A stretch of 64,000 nucleotides of DNA from Octopus sinensis (Eukaryota). The stretch's first letter is position 1; every line of letters begins with the position of its first letter. Made by a program: the position numbers and the translations under genes. The DNA is taken from NCBI RefSeq assembly GCF_006345805.1, contig NC_042999.1, positions 9,114,001-9,178,000 of the forward strand, written 5' to 3'. A model generated the notes under the pieces. The model worked only from the letters and a program-made list of their open reading frames with translations. It ran no database searches and had not been told where the DNA came from. Of the stretch, positions 13,520-27,282 are shown one piece after another.

Positions 13520-13750
13520 AACGTGGGTTCTTAGCGATTTTTTCCTCCTTCTTTTTCTTTTGGACTTTCCTATGTCTCCTGTTTCCGAAGTCGAGCTTAG
13601 CTCGAAATGTTAAACAACCACTCTTTCTTTCCTTCTCTCATCGTCTTATTAATACTTTGCATGTACCATGTCCTCGCGTTGTTGTTTTCTTTTTGTTGTC
13701 TTTTTTCTCCGTTTTCTTTATATCAATTATATATATATATATATATATAA
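13520..13750 (+). mobile_element. Hammerhead-bearing repeat family H2 (degenerate core)
   Basis: Homologous to 63390-63592. Motif gttt-ccgaagt-c-gagc tta gctc-gaaatgtt-aaac at 13581-13615. Confidence 0.55.
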
Positions 13751-13751
13751 T

Positions 13752-14161
13752 TGGCTGTGTGGTAAGTAGGAGTGGCTGTGTGGTAAGTAACTTGCTTACC
13801 AACCACATGGTTCCGGGTTCAGTCCCACTGCGTGACACCTTGGGCAAGTGTCTTCTACTATAGCCTCGGGCCGACCAAAGTCTTGTGAGTGGATTTGGTA
13901 GACGGAAACTGAAAGAATCCCGTCGTATATATGTATATATATATGTTTGTGCGTGTGTGTTTGTGTGTCTGTGTTTGTCCCCCTAGCATTGCTTGACAAC
14001 CGATACTGGTGTGTTTATGTCCCTGTCACTTAGTGGTTCGGCAAAAGAGACCGATAGAATAAGTACTGGACTTACAAAGAATAAGTCCCGGGGTCGAGTT
14101 GCTCGACTAAAGGCGGTGCTCCAGCATGGCCGCAGTCAAATGACTGAAACAAGTAAAAGAG
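13752..14161 (+). mobile_element. SINE family A
   Basis: Full copy with a duplicated 5' ggctgtgtggtaagta. Confidence 0.85.
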
Positions 14162-14234
14162 TAATAGAGAGAGTATATATCAAAACACAAAGAGAAAACA
14201 ACGCCAGGACGTGGAACAAGTATAGTGTTATTTG

Positions 14235-14274
<40 letters not shown>

Positions 14275-14329
14275 TATATATATATAGATACATATACATA
14301 TACATATAGATTGACAGATATATAGATAG

Positions 14330-14444
14330 ATAGTCAGACAGACAGACAGGCAGACAGGCAGATAGACTGACAAACAGGAAGACAGAGACAGATAGACAGA
14401 CACACAGATAGATAAATAGATAGATAGATAGATAGATAGATAGG

Positions 14445-14514
<70 letters not shown>

Positions 14515-14515
14515 T
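14330..14515. repeat. (GACA)n/(GATA)n tetranucleotide repeat
   Basis: Seen directly. Confidence 0.95.
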
Positions 14516-14879
14516 ACAAGTAATGCTAGAAAGAGGAGTTAAAACCCTCCAAAGCCACGCATCTCTCAGTGTATGTAAACAGACATGCAGAATGCATCAA
14601 ATATACTAAAAACAAAACAATCGTCCCCATTTGTGAAACTACAAAGAGGAGGGTAGATCTGCCAGCTTCAATTGATTTCGCTTTCTGTTCCGGATGGCAC
14701 TTAAAGCTCATCAGCTAGGCTTTCTACATAAACTATTTCTAAGAATAGATTTACCATTTCATGCGAGTCTGTTCAGCTAGGCCTCGTAACTTCCCAACGA
14801 ACATAAACGAACAAGTATAAATTCAAAATTCAAATAAATTATCATTATCTTTAGAAAATCTTCTAATTATATATATATA

Positions 14880-14943
<64 letters not shown>

Positions 14944-17384
14944 TATATATATATGTTGATAATTAGAGTATATATATATATATACTCTAATTATCAACAT
15001 GTATCTGTTTGACAATACATTATATGTTTCTGACAGCTTCAGTTCTTTATCCATTAAATCGCTATCTCTATATCTGATGGCAGCTATGTTGTTTAAATTC
15101 ATGCATAGCATTCAACGAGCAACCATTAGCACGGCAATTATCGTAGATTTGTATATGAGTATAAATATTAATGCAAAAGAGAAAGATCCGCGTGAACAGC
15201 TACCACATAGAAAAATGATTGGAAAAAACCAAAGCCGAATAAACGGCATATAAATTCTTGTATAATGTCTCCTTCGTCGAAAATAGATGTCGTCTCTCTA
15301 TTTTATCGTATATGAGTTTAGAATAGACTATTTTATCGAAACTTCTCTTAATTCCGTTTTATAAAGGTCTTAAATTGGATTTCGGCTATTCTTTCCTCAG
15401 CTGGCATTGAAAACGTTTTTGTTAACATCATACGGTTTGTTTGTTGGTTGAGCTACTTAAATTGCGCTGAACATGCTAGACTTGTGTCAGTTAAGAGAGA
15501 GAAAAAAGTATATAAACCAAAATAGGCATTTAAAATAAAATAATGATATCGACTTAACCATTTGTCAAAAGCTTATAAAACATATGCCATTAATAAAACG
15601 CATCTAACATTACAGTAATATAATTTTAGTGCAAAAGTTAAATTCAGACATAAACGTTTGTGCGATTTTATCAACGGATGAGTTCATATGTTTTATCAAG
15701 TGATCCTTCCGTGGTTAGACGTGCCTGGCCTATCTTTGTGTTATAAATTCTACATGCTTATTAGACAAAACTTGAAATTCTCTCATATAGAATTAAATAA
15801 TTTATTTTACTCAATGTTTTATAATAAATCACTATAAACTTTAATAATTTACGAGGTTATAAATTATATGATTAAATCTTAAACTTATGCCTGATAGTAA
15901 AGGCAATCTCAAGATATTTAGATTTTCGAGAACTCCATTTACTTTTAGCTTTTTATGTATTTTCTATTATTTATTACTTGTCATAATATTCCCCATATAA
16001 ATTGGAATATATTTTGAATGTTTCAATATAGCAAAAATTTACAGAGCAAATACAATTTTATGATAATAGATATTCTTAATTTAAATCTTTTATTTGCAAT
16101 GGGTCTCTGTTATGCATTTTTGTAAATTATAAGTGATAAACTTCATCACTGACGCAACCGGGATATCGATTTTCAATATTGTCAGGAAGTTACAAATGGT
16201 AGTAAATTCTTCTGTATTTGAACCGTTTAGATTCATGACAGGAAATCATTTAACATAGTTTATTAAACGTGTCTTATGTACTACAGTAGCACTAACATAT
16301 CCTCTTCTATTTTGAATTTCAGAAAATTATGGCTAAAAATAAATTATGAGGTGATTTTATCAAATACTTTGGACAATGCTTTTCTATCATAATAAAATAG
16401 CCATCAGTGCTGGAATCTGTGAAGAAATTTCCCCCTTAAATATATGAGAATTTGAATGTATTGTTCGTAGGAGGTGGCTACTTTTCATATAAAGATTTGA
16501 GGATGTTTTAGTTTATTGTATTTAAATATATAAAATAAATAATGTTTTCTAATTTCATCATCATGTATCAAATTCGTAGCGATGAGGTATGGTTTACAGT
16601 TGAGTCAATTTCCAGTTTATAACTGATATTTAAGTTACCGGAATAAGCATATAACTGATTTATACATATTTCGAATATATATCGCTGCTACTATGCAAAA
16701 GTGTCGTAAGTCCAAACCGTTGCTTCTTCAGAAAACGAAAAAAATAGTTTCACCATTCCATTTCTTTTTACATTAGCAACAGTTTCAGCTTAACAAAATA
16801 CTTTGTTGGGTGGATAAAATCGTAACTCCATGCATGTATGATATTTCGAGTCAGAAATATTTTTGCAAAACATCGTATGTAGATCTTACGGGATTTGTGA
16901 CAGATGCTAAACCGTTGTACCACACTTTGGCAATTTTCATAATCTTGGCATCTGAAGCAGCTGGAGATACGATTGTTTGAACAAAAGAACCTGCTATTGC
17001 AAGCAAAACTAAATATGGAAAACCAAAACGCACTTGACCAAATTTGGACATAGGAGAGTTTAACATAATAGCAACGATATATTTGGGGAGGGGAAAAGTT
17101 ATGGGTTAAGGTCGAAGTATTAAAGAATTCTTCAAAGCAGTCTTGAAATATGCAATTTATTCAGTTTCTGTCCAAGAAAAGGATAAATATTCGAATCTGA
17201 ATTGATGTTTGAGAAGTTGCTTTATGACCCATCCTATTTAAATAATACGTGAGAACTATCAGTTTTATTATAATGATAGAGGTTGTAGGACTGTTGTATC
17301 TATATCGGTATGTGCTTGGAGATTTGGGTGTATGTGTGTGCGGTCGTGTCGTATTCGAATGCTGTATACATGCTTACATTATGC

Positions 17385-17424
17385 ATGTATATATACATAC
17401 ATACACATATATATATATATATTC

Positions 17425-17483
<59 letters not shown>

Positions 17484-17645
17484 CATATATATATACATAT
17501 GTGTACATATATATATATATATGTACACATATATGTATATATTTATATGTATATATATATATGTATATATTTATATGTATATATATATATGTATATATAT
17601 ATATATACATATATGTGTACATTTATATATATATCTACACATATA

Positions 17646-17686
<41 letters not shown>

Positions 17687-17690
17687 TGTG

Positions 17691-17721
<31 letters not shown>

Positions 17722-17725
17722 GTAG
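17385..17725. repeat. Degenerate (TA)n tract
   Basis: Seen directly. Confidence 0.95.
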
Positions 17726-17875
17726 GTCCCGGGTTGATTCGGGGTTAACCACAGTAAATAAGGTACTCAATACATAGCAGAGTAAAATTAATTTCTTCTA
17801 TATATATGTATATATATATATAAATATACATTATATATATATATTATATATAGAGAGAGAGAGAGAAAGATGTAT

Positions 17876-17914
<39 letters not shown>

Positions 17915-18289
17915 AGAAGAAATGAGGTAATCATTATATATATATATATATTAGAAGAAATGAGGTATATATATATATATATATGATCATATATAATTCC
18001 ATCATCTTACTATCAGGAACTGAATTCATTAGTTTCTGTAGCTTAACACTTAAAGTGTCCGTGAGCTGTAAATATTAATTCCGTTGCTAACACGTCACCT
18101 TCTCTTTGCTTTAATTTAGGATATTGTTAAGGGCGGTGCTCGAGCATGGCCGCAGTCAAAGGACTAAGAATGAAAGACTAAAAGTATACAATCTACCACA
18201 TTTAACTAATTAATAAGCTTAGATAACTTTGGTGATTTTACATTCTGGTTAATGTAACTTCTCTGTGTACAGCTTTGTAGATGAAATAT

Positions 18290-18671
18290 GTGGAGGCGCA
18301 ATGGCCCAGTGGTTAGGGCAGCCGACTCGCGGTCATAGGATCGCGGTTTCGACTCCCAGACCGGGCGTTGTGAGTGTTTATTGAGCGAAAATACCTAAAG
18401 CTCCACGAGGCTCCGGCAGGGGATGGTGGTGATCCCTGCTGTACTCTTTCACCACAACTTTCTCTCACTCTTACTTCCTGTTTCTGTTGTACCTGTATTT
18501 CAAGGGGCCGGCCTTGTCACTCTCTGTGTCACGCTGAATATCCCCGAGAACTACGTTAAGGGTACACGTGTCTGTGGAGTGCTCAGCCACTTACACGTTA
18601 ATTTCACGAGCAGGCTGTTCCGTTGATCGGATCAACCGGAACCCTCGTCGTCGTAACCGACGGAGTGCTTC
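18290..18671 (+). mobile_element. SINE family B (tRNA-Arg-like head)
   Basis: A box tggcccagtgg, TCG anticodon-like loop, B box gtttcgactcc. 12-bp TSD tagatgaaatat at 18278-18289 and 18677-18688. Confidence 0.9.
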
Positions 18672-19556
18672 AGAGTTAGATGAAATATAAATACCATCTC
18701 GATTATTCCTCACAAAATATAAATGAATTAATTAATGAATTTTCTGGGAGCCAACCAGAATGATGCTATAATGATGTGTGCTATATGGCAGTCACATTCA
18801 GAATAGAAATTAATACAATGCATGAACACTGATGTGTTGAGTGATCATAAATTATAACAATGTAATTTGATATAAGAACCAAAGATCGTATCCTGCATTC
18901 TAATAAGTTGTCATGTTATTAGAAACACATTACTCTTGAATTTTGCTTCGGTCTACAGCCAAATTTTAAGACAAACTGAAAATAAGGATATTGTCTCAGA
19001 ATATTTCATAAAAATCGCTAAACTAAAAACAGCAAAAAATCGTAAAAATTTGTATTTTGACAGTTAAAAACTGCTTTATTTTAATGCAAAACATTTCTCC
19101 CAATTTCAGTAAAATATGAGCAAAAATGCAAAAATGGAGCAGTAAATATATAAATTATCGAAATATGACGTTTTGTAATCATGATTTTTAATAGCTTTTG
19201 TTCAGATTTTGTTTTATAAATTTCATGTGTTTCAGTGATGTTTGACACACTCCATGAATTCACAAATAAAATATTTTTTTATTTCGCTGTAAAATATGGC
19301 CGACAACGTCCATAATTACATTAAATGCTTCTGTTATTTATGATTACAATATAGTTTGTTGTAGCATAGAAACTCTCTACCTCACGTCTGTTGTGGAAAC
19401 AACGTTAGATGCAATAATCAACATAACTGCGGTTTATGTCCCATATACTGAAATAATTTAAGTAAATATGACACACAAAAATACGAAACAGAACTGTTCT
19501 CATGGGAGTTTTAATTTGATTGTTATGCAGAAGTGTGCTATACTAAACAAATATTG

Positions 19557-19790
19557 AAGGCGGAAAGATGGCAGAACCGTTAGCACGCCGGGCGAAATGC
19601 GTAGCCGTATTTCATCTGCTGTTACGTTCTGAGTTCAAATTCCGCCGAGGTCGACTTTGCCTTTCATCCTTTCGGGGTCGATTAAATTAAGTACCAGTTA
19701 CGCACTGGGGTCGATGTAATCGACTTAATCCGTTTGTCTGTCCTTGTTTGTCCTCTCTGTGTTTAGCCCCTTGTGAGTAGTAAAGAAATA
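19557..19790 (+). mobile_element. SINE family C (Meta/MESC-like central domain)
   Basis: Contains gtcgactttgcctttcatcctttcggggtcgat..gtaccag and is flanked by a repeated aaacaaatat. Confidence 0.85.
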
Positions 19791-22700
19791 TATATCAAAC
19801 AAATATAATCTTTATCCAACTCAATCAATTATAATAATCTTTATAGTAAACATTTACAGAGAACTTGGAACACTTTAATCAACAAAATGCAATTTTTTAG
19901 TTTGTAAACAATAATAAAAAATAGTAATAATGTGTTTTGAATGGCACAACAATGCACTGTAATAACAACTCATTTTTTAGTTGTTTCTAATAGTTTACAA
20001 AAGATAGGTTTAGTCCTAGAAATTAGGAAATTTCGAACAACACAAAAGATTAAACATTTTTATCGATTCTTTTTCCTTTTGTTATCTTCTGTTTGCATCT
20101 CTTTAATTTTTCTTATTATTCATGTATTTTGGTAAAGATTAGTACCTGTCCAAACCCCAGCTTCACACGCAGATATCTAAAAACCGTTACTGGAATGGTG
20201 AATCCCAAAATCTTAAATCCCCGTGAGGCACTTGTAGCAACAATTATTTTCATCTGTTTCGTCAGTAGACAACTTTGTTTTTCATGTTACAGGTATTTGT
20301 ATGCAAATTGTAAAAGTAAATGTTAGGCTGGGAAAGGTTGTTTCCGAATTTATCGCCAGTTACCTCCCCTCCCCTCCATTCAGTCTGCGCTTCTTTCGTA
20401 TGGCTCTTTTGTGCACCTTTCTTCGCTACTCTTCTGCCTTCTTAATTTTCCAACATAAAGAAACATCGTTTAATTTTAGGAAAATAGATGCTATCAGGTT
20501 TTCCACGCGTTAGGAAGTTATCTTGATAGGAATATACACAGACGGGTGAAAAGTAATTATCAAAACAACAGACGACGACGATGACGACGACGGTGAAGAT
20601 GCTTTCTTTAAATTCTCACCATAAAGATACGAAGGGGAGAATTTTTTTTCTTTTAAATCGTAAGTTTGGGCATTAAACTCAGAAAAACCGAAAGGAGAGA
20701 ACCATGAAAGGCAAATATAGATTAAAGGAAAACGGCGGTGATGAAGTGCGTTTCTTATATAGAAGCCTATCTATCTAGGATCAGATATCCAAGATTAGCC
20801 CATACTCCAAGGCTAAGTATCATCACAACTGCCCTCCTCAGACTTACAAGATTCTTCTTACAATGCTTCCACTTATTCTTGCGTTTTTACCATTTTTCTC
20901 ACACTCATTTTTCAATAAATTCTGTTGAGGACAGCACTTCCCACTTCACCGTCCCTTCTTTCAAAATATCGTTGAGGTCTCTAACAATGAGCAAGACAAA
21001 AGCTCCAAAACCTTTCATCATATTACTAATTCATTTGTGATACGAATAATTCCCACAGTATTTCCATAACAGCAAGACCTTGAGCTTTCCCGAGAACCTC
21101 ATAACATTTCTCAATCACCTGCCTTCTGTAGCTTGCACTCTTGTTTCTCAACTAGTAGAATACAGTGAGCGCCACCTAGCGATATTCTACGTGTCAGGCC
21201 TACTCTCTTGGTTTTTGCTTGAGCTATGACTGCAGTTTGGCAAACAATATGATGTACGAAAAGATATACGTGTCAAACGGCATCTGCACTCTAGAAATCT
21301 GTGAAGGCGGTACAGTATTAGCGCAAGCTTCCTTATCATCTTGTGGTTAAAGTTTACATACAGAGAGTGCTGTCAGCCGATGGTTTGACCAATGAAATGT
21401 GACCTTTCTACAAGAGATTGAAAAGTAGACTCTCCAATTTGAACAGACGGAAATCAGAGCCAGGCATAACGTTCATGCGGTCAACGATAACGGAAACCGT
21501 GGAGAAATCCACCGCTTCTGTCTGACCTTTCGGAGACTGTGGGCTCTCGGCAAAATTTTGGTTAAGACTGGCTACATTGCACCTCACATCTTCTCACTCT
21601 GACGGATGACTGAAATTTCTGGAAGATTTAAAACACAATATACTCTTTTTACAAAATAAATTACAGTGGTATAGAATTAGCGAAAGTGTTTATTTTTTTA
21701 AATATCGCGTTTAGAAACTTTCTAAAAGAATTCTGAAAGGCAATACGCAGTAACAACACTGAAGCTGTTAAGATACCCTCTGAAGACCCGTTAGAAATAA
21801 TTTGGAAGATATGTATAAGGAAAGAAATATCTACTGAGAAGGATACGGATAAATTTATCCATATCCAGTGTTGATGGCATGCTATTGTGTCATGCGTAAG
21901 TTGTATCTGCTTTCCCACCCGGGGTGGATTTATATATCAAATCCAGACATAGTTTTCTCTACCTATATGCACCATTGCTTTCTACAAGAAGCACAACATC
22001 TGAAATTTTGGTAGAGGAGGCTTTTCGATTTCATCGACCCCAGTGCGCATCTGGTGCTTATCTGGTACTTATTTTATCTACCCCAAAAGGCTGAAATGTA
22101 CAACCGGCCTCGGCGGAATTCAAACTCAGAAAGTAAAACCGGAAGAAATGCCGTTAAATATTTTGTCCGGTATGCTAACGCTTTTGCTAACTCCCCCCTC
22201 TGTATGGCGAATCACGTTCAAGAAATATTCATGGAATAAAAATGGTGATGAATTTTATGCTTGTTCATAACTTGCTATCGGTGTATATGTGACTGCCGCT
22301 TCTTTAGATTCCGCTTCAGTAAACTGGATTTAGAAGAATGTTGCTGTTGTGAATATGATTGGTTAGCAACTATTTTTATCATATTCAACAAGGATATTTT
22401 ACAAGACTTTGAGTGATTTGGAAATTTAGTAGACAATCTTCCTGACTGTTTTTTTTTCTATGGTTCCCTGACATCCAATAGTTTTAGACCATCTTTTACT
22501 GAAGGGACATTCGCTTGTTCGGTGACATACTTATTGCAGTATTTTTTTCGTATATTTCTCTAGCTGTATTTGTCTAATTCTGTCAGATTTAAAACCGATT
22601 CTACAGAAAGATATGAAATGGCTGAAGTTGTTAATCTGTTAATGACATAGGCAATGTCCTTACACATAGGAAGAGCTTTGAATATGTTTCCTGTTGGACT

Positions 22701-22893
22701 CCTCAACTACACAAAATAATTTCGTCTCATTTTCTCTCAACAAAATATTATGAAACAGATTCTCCCGCCTTTTATATCGTTATTTTTCGTTCCTAGGTTG
22801 TGACTCATTTTGCACAACATTGAAAGCATTTTCGTCAGAGAAAATGATTTCACATTTATTTTTCGAGCTTCATAATAATAATAATAAGGATAA

Positions 22894-22966
<73 letters not shown>

Positions 22967-22967
22967 A

Positions 22968-23485
22968 GGGCCTCTTAAATGATTGGAAGTGTTGACATGT
23001 ACATCGTATTGTCTTGGTATAAAAGATGGGCTACAGCAAATATTCTGCACAATGCCGCAGATTTGCTTGTCAGTTGTTTGACCTTAACTAGTTGACCATA
23101 TCCCTTAGTGGCTGACAATATGTGCATCTCTGATCACGAGTAGAAGTAGTGGGGGAGCATCATAGCCGTGTGTTGAGAGGGATTCTTTGGGGTTTAAATA
23201 ATTCACCTTTGGAAACATGGGTTTTTCGTTCAACATCCTTAAACAATCCTTATTCAGGATCTTTTTAAGCGGGGTGGTCTACTCAACCTGAAGAAAATTC
23301 TTACTGGGCCCCACCTGCAAAGTCATGCGCTGTTTACCTTAATATGAGATCACCATGTCGCGTACATATGGTCCTGATGCATGTGCCTGGTGTACCCTTA
23401 TCAGACGGGTAGTCGTGATGAGGATACTAGGCTTCGTATATTTTACCCCAGTGTCACTTCGATGGCATGCGCTGCTTTCTGACGC

Positions 23486-23486
<1 letters not shown>
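22968..23486 (+). mobile_element. ~520-bp non-coding element between (AAT)n tracts (family D)
   Basis: Homologous to 34727-35262 along its length. Confidence 0.8.
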
Positions 23487-23522
<36 letters not shown>

Positions 23523-23706
23523 TAATAATAATAAAGATGGTTTCTGATTTTGACCCAGGGTTAGCCATTTAGAGGGCAGGGTAGGTGGTCGATAATAAGG
23601 ATTAACCCCTCCCTTCCAATTTACTTGGGCCTATATCTTCTTACTGTCAAAAATGTTCGCTTTAGTTTCACCAGTTTTAGAATGGTAGCAAACCAAAATG
23701 GAATTA

Positions 23707-24640
23707 CTAGTTAGTTAGTTAGTTAATTTGGCTCAAAAGCAAATAGCAAGGCCATGTAGGGGGACATGGAGTTAAGTACAGGGTGGTGTTCATGTAAAGA
23801 GTTCAGGCCACTTGAGGTCAAGGGAGGCTTTGAACAAAGCGGTCGTCGGCATCTTCACCATCTCGTCTGGCAGCTTGTTCCACGGATCCGCAACCCGGAC
23901 GGAGAAAGCTCCTCTCCTTCGATTGAGATGAAATCGTCGCAGGTAGAGCTTTTCGGAATGACCCCGCAGCCGACGCTCTGGAGCAGGAGTGAAGAACAGC
24001 TCTTTCGAGAGGTTACACTTTCCGCTTATGATGTTGTGGGCGAGAATGAGATCACCACGGCGGCGGCGTTTTTCAAGAGAATAAAGGTCGAGCGTCCTCA
24101 GCCTTTCTTCGTAGGACAAATTTTTGAGGCCATGAACCATGCGGGTAGCCAGCTTCTGGACTCTTTCGAGATGCTGTATGTCTTTGAGGAGATAAGGAGA
24201 AGAGGCTTGAATCCCGTACTCCAATATGGGTCTCACCAGCGTGACATAGAGTGGTAGGAATATGGCTGCTGTGAGCATTCCGAATGACCGTCGAATCAAG
24301 AACAGAATTCCGCGTGCTTTGTTGGCAGCATGGACGCACTGGACCGAAGGCGAAAAGGAGGAATCCCCCAAGATACCCAGGTCCTTTACCTGATCGGTCC
24401 TCTCCAGCAGCAGACGACCCGGCTCGAACTCAAGTTGAGTTGCAGGAGGAGAGCCAACAGGCAGATGACAGCACTTTGTCACGTTCAGACACAGGTCCCA
24501 TTTGTTAGACTACTTCCAAATTTGATGGAGGCATCGACGAAGATCCTCTATATCACCGCGAGGAGCGACCAGTTTGATATCGTCGGCAAATAGAAAGGTG
24601 TGTTGCGTGAGGTCGTTGGGCAAGTCATTTATGAAGACTA
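23707..24640 (-). mobile_element. 5'-truncated CR1/L2-group LINE (RT C-terminus, 3'UTR, (AACT)n tail)
   Basis: Minus strand gives VFINDLP..FLFADDIKL (one stop follows), then ORF 23790-24482 with KDLGI, LYVTLVRPILEY, LERVQKLATR, LEKRRRRGDLI, RLRGH, FSVRV..WNKLP. Tail ttagttagttag. Confidence 0.9.
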
Positions 24641-25442
24641 GAACATAGAGAGAAAATTCCTCTAAGATAATTGATATCCCTGTGATGATATGGGCGTTGA
24701 AATTTTAATTTAGGAAAATGAATTAAATATGGATTCATTTGGAATTTTTCTCTGCCGTACATTTAGTTACTAACAGGAATGAAAACAAACATTTTTAAAA
24801 GATACCTTGTGTAAAAAACGCAAAGAGAAACAAGCCCGACATTCTGGTCAATCAAAATTGGATAAATATAGAATGTAATGGCGAGTTTGACCTTTACGTC
24901 TCCTCTAACAATTGCGGACATGTTTTTATTTTGTTGGACCACGTCAGTCAAGTATTGTCAGCAGTTACTGCAAATCTGAACTGACAACGGAAATATTAGA
25001 GGAGGGTCGTCGATGAAAAGAGATTGGCGATGTAAATTAAAAGAATGTCTTGTGAAAATTCTCGGAAACAAATGCGTCATGAATATTTATAATATTAAAT
25101 TGGACGCTGTTCTTGCTGGTGAGAGCTATAATTTTAAGTAACTAATTCTAGGAAAAACAAAAAGGCTGATGAGGGATAAAACTCTGAAATTTTAATTAAG
25201 GAAAATGGATTAAATATGAATTGAGTTGGAGCTGTTTTCTGCCATGCTCTGTTGCATTCTAATACAAATACATTTTTAATTGTTCTTTCTTTTGCGTTTT
25301 TGGTTCTTTTCGGGAATAAATATTCAGAAGCACTTTGTAATCATATCATATTTATAGGTGCGATTACTTTATCATCATCATCGTCATCGTCACCATCATC
25401 ATCATCACCATCATCATTATCATCGTCGTCGTCGTCGTCATC

Positions 25443-25484
<42 letters not shown>

Positions 25485-25569
25485 GGCACCATCTTTAATA
25501 CTCTAACCCAATGGTTCCCAACCTGTAATCCGCAAAGTTAGAACTGGAGGTCCGTGAACAAAATTCAAA

Positions 25570-25706
<137 letters not shown>

Positions 25707-26796
25707 CGTAAGGATAAGCATCTTCCTTTTTACTCTAAGCACAGGGCCCGAAAATTTGGAGGAGGGAGCCATTCGATTAGATCGACTCCAATACGCAACT
25801 TGTACTTAATTTATCGACCCCGAAAGGATGAAAGGCAAAGTCGACCTCGGCTGAATTTGATAAAGATAAGCGTATTAAAAGGGGTCCGTGGGAAATCTCA
25901 TTTCAATAAAACGGTTGGGAACCATTGCTCTAACCAATTCCAGCAGCTGCCTCTTAGTTATTCTCATTGTTAAGCACATTTTCGTTACTCTCTGTCTCTC
26001 CCGTTCTCTCTCTTTTTTCTCCCCTCTCCTTTTCTCTCCTCTTGTCTCTCTCTCTTCCCCCCTCTCTCAATAGATTTAGAGCTTTAGTAAACATTATTAT
26101 ATTTCCCCGTGCACATAATCCCTAATCAACAGAGAAAACTTAGTTTATTTGTTCAATTTAAACTTGCCAATCCAATTCTCATGTTTTGCTTCCAGAAGAT
26201 TCTTAATATTTCTTTCTATCTTCCTTTTCCAGGTTACTTTTTTTCTTTTTCCTGGTAATTCTTTAAAGTTTAGTTTGTTTTTTATTGTTCATATTCCTTA
26301 TTTAATTGAAATTCCAAACAATCCTGACCAGGAGCATTGACATTTATTCACCGAATGGATGCAGAATTCTAACGATTTTTTTTTTTGTAACATTTTCCTG
26401 AAACATTTCAAGATTGCAAAGAATGATGTAACAACATTGGAAACTTACATTAGAAAACCATTTCTGTTATTCACATCGATGCCATTTTTTCAAATAGATA
26501 TGAATTAAATTTCAATGATTTGCATATTTCTTGTCAATATATTCTGCCTGATTCGAACAGGAATATGCTGATTGTTCATTATTTACAAAACTATTGAAAA
26601 GGTTGCAAGATGCAACAAAAGTTTTAGGAAAATAAAAAAAAATAAGAAAAAAGTGGAAATTATACCGGTGAGTGTGTTACATTATAAGGCACAAAAAGAA
26701 AATGACTCCCCCCAGACACAACAGAATAAGCTTCAACACACGAACTCATATAAAGAATCTAGCAAACCAAATCCCCAAACAAAACATTATTTACAA

Positions 26797-27045
26797 TATT
26801 TACATTATTTACATTTGACAGATATTTGTCCTCATCTTGTTTGTTGTTAACACAACGTTTCGGTTGATATACCCTCCAGCCTCCATCAGGTATCTAGGGG
26901 AAATTTCGAACCTTAGCAATGAGAACCAAGGTTCGAAATTTTCCCAAGACACCTGATGAAGGTTGGGGTATATATCAGCCGAAACGTTGTGTAAACAACA
27001 AACAAGATGAGGGCAAGTATCCGTCAAATATAAATAATGTAAATA
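26797..27045. repeat. ~250-bp palindrome of two inverted hammerhead-bearing repeat copies (family H3)
   Basis: Arms ~118 bp (26797-26914 and 26928-27045) with a 13-nt spacer. Fragments of the same family occur at ~45243 and ~45724. Confidence 0.85.
26949..26992 (+). ncRNA. Minimal type-I hammerhead ribozyme, canonical core
   Basis: ACAC-CTGATGA-a-GGTTGG ggtatata TCAGCC-GAAA-CG-TT-GTGT: stem I ACAC/GTGT, 6-bp stem II with G.U pairs, palindromic AACGTT, GUU site after 26988. Confidence 0.7.
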
Positions 27046-27282
27046 ACGTACATAATTCCTCATCTCTTAGATAAAGAAATACTGATCGTTGTTGTATTTC
27101 GTCACCGGAGAACAGCTTCTATTTTCACGACGAATATATGGTCATAATACATTCCATTTGTTAGTACAAGGGACTTTAGAACATTTTGTGTTTCAGCATC
27201 ATTAGGTCCCGTCAACCAGAAGCAATCCCGGCAAATGAATTAACAAGGGCTGAAATTATTGTTTATAACTTTAGCGAAGAAA

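Noticed and set aside
16851-17066. Antisense 71-aa ORF with AKVWYN, recalling an ABCA transporter segment
   Set aside because: The similarity covers only about 6 residues, there are stops close on both sides, and no other exons are visible.
18290-18365. tRNA-Arg gene
   Set aside because: The acceptor stem is poor, and it is the head of a 380-bp repeat with TSDs present three times, so it is a SINE.
23766-24257. 163-aa + strand ORF
   Set aside because: It is the antisense shadow of the CR1-type LINE ORF.
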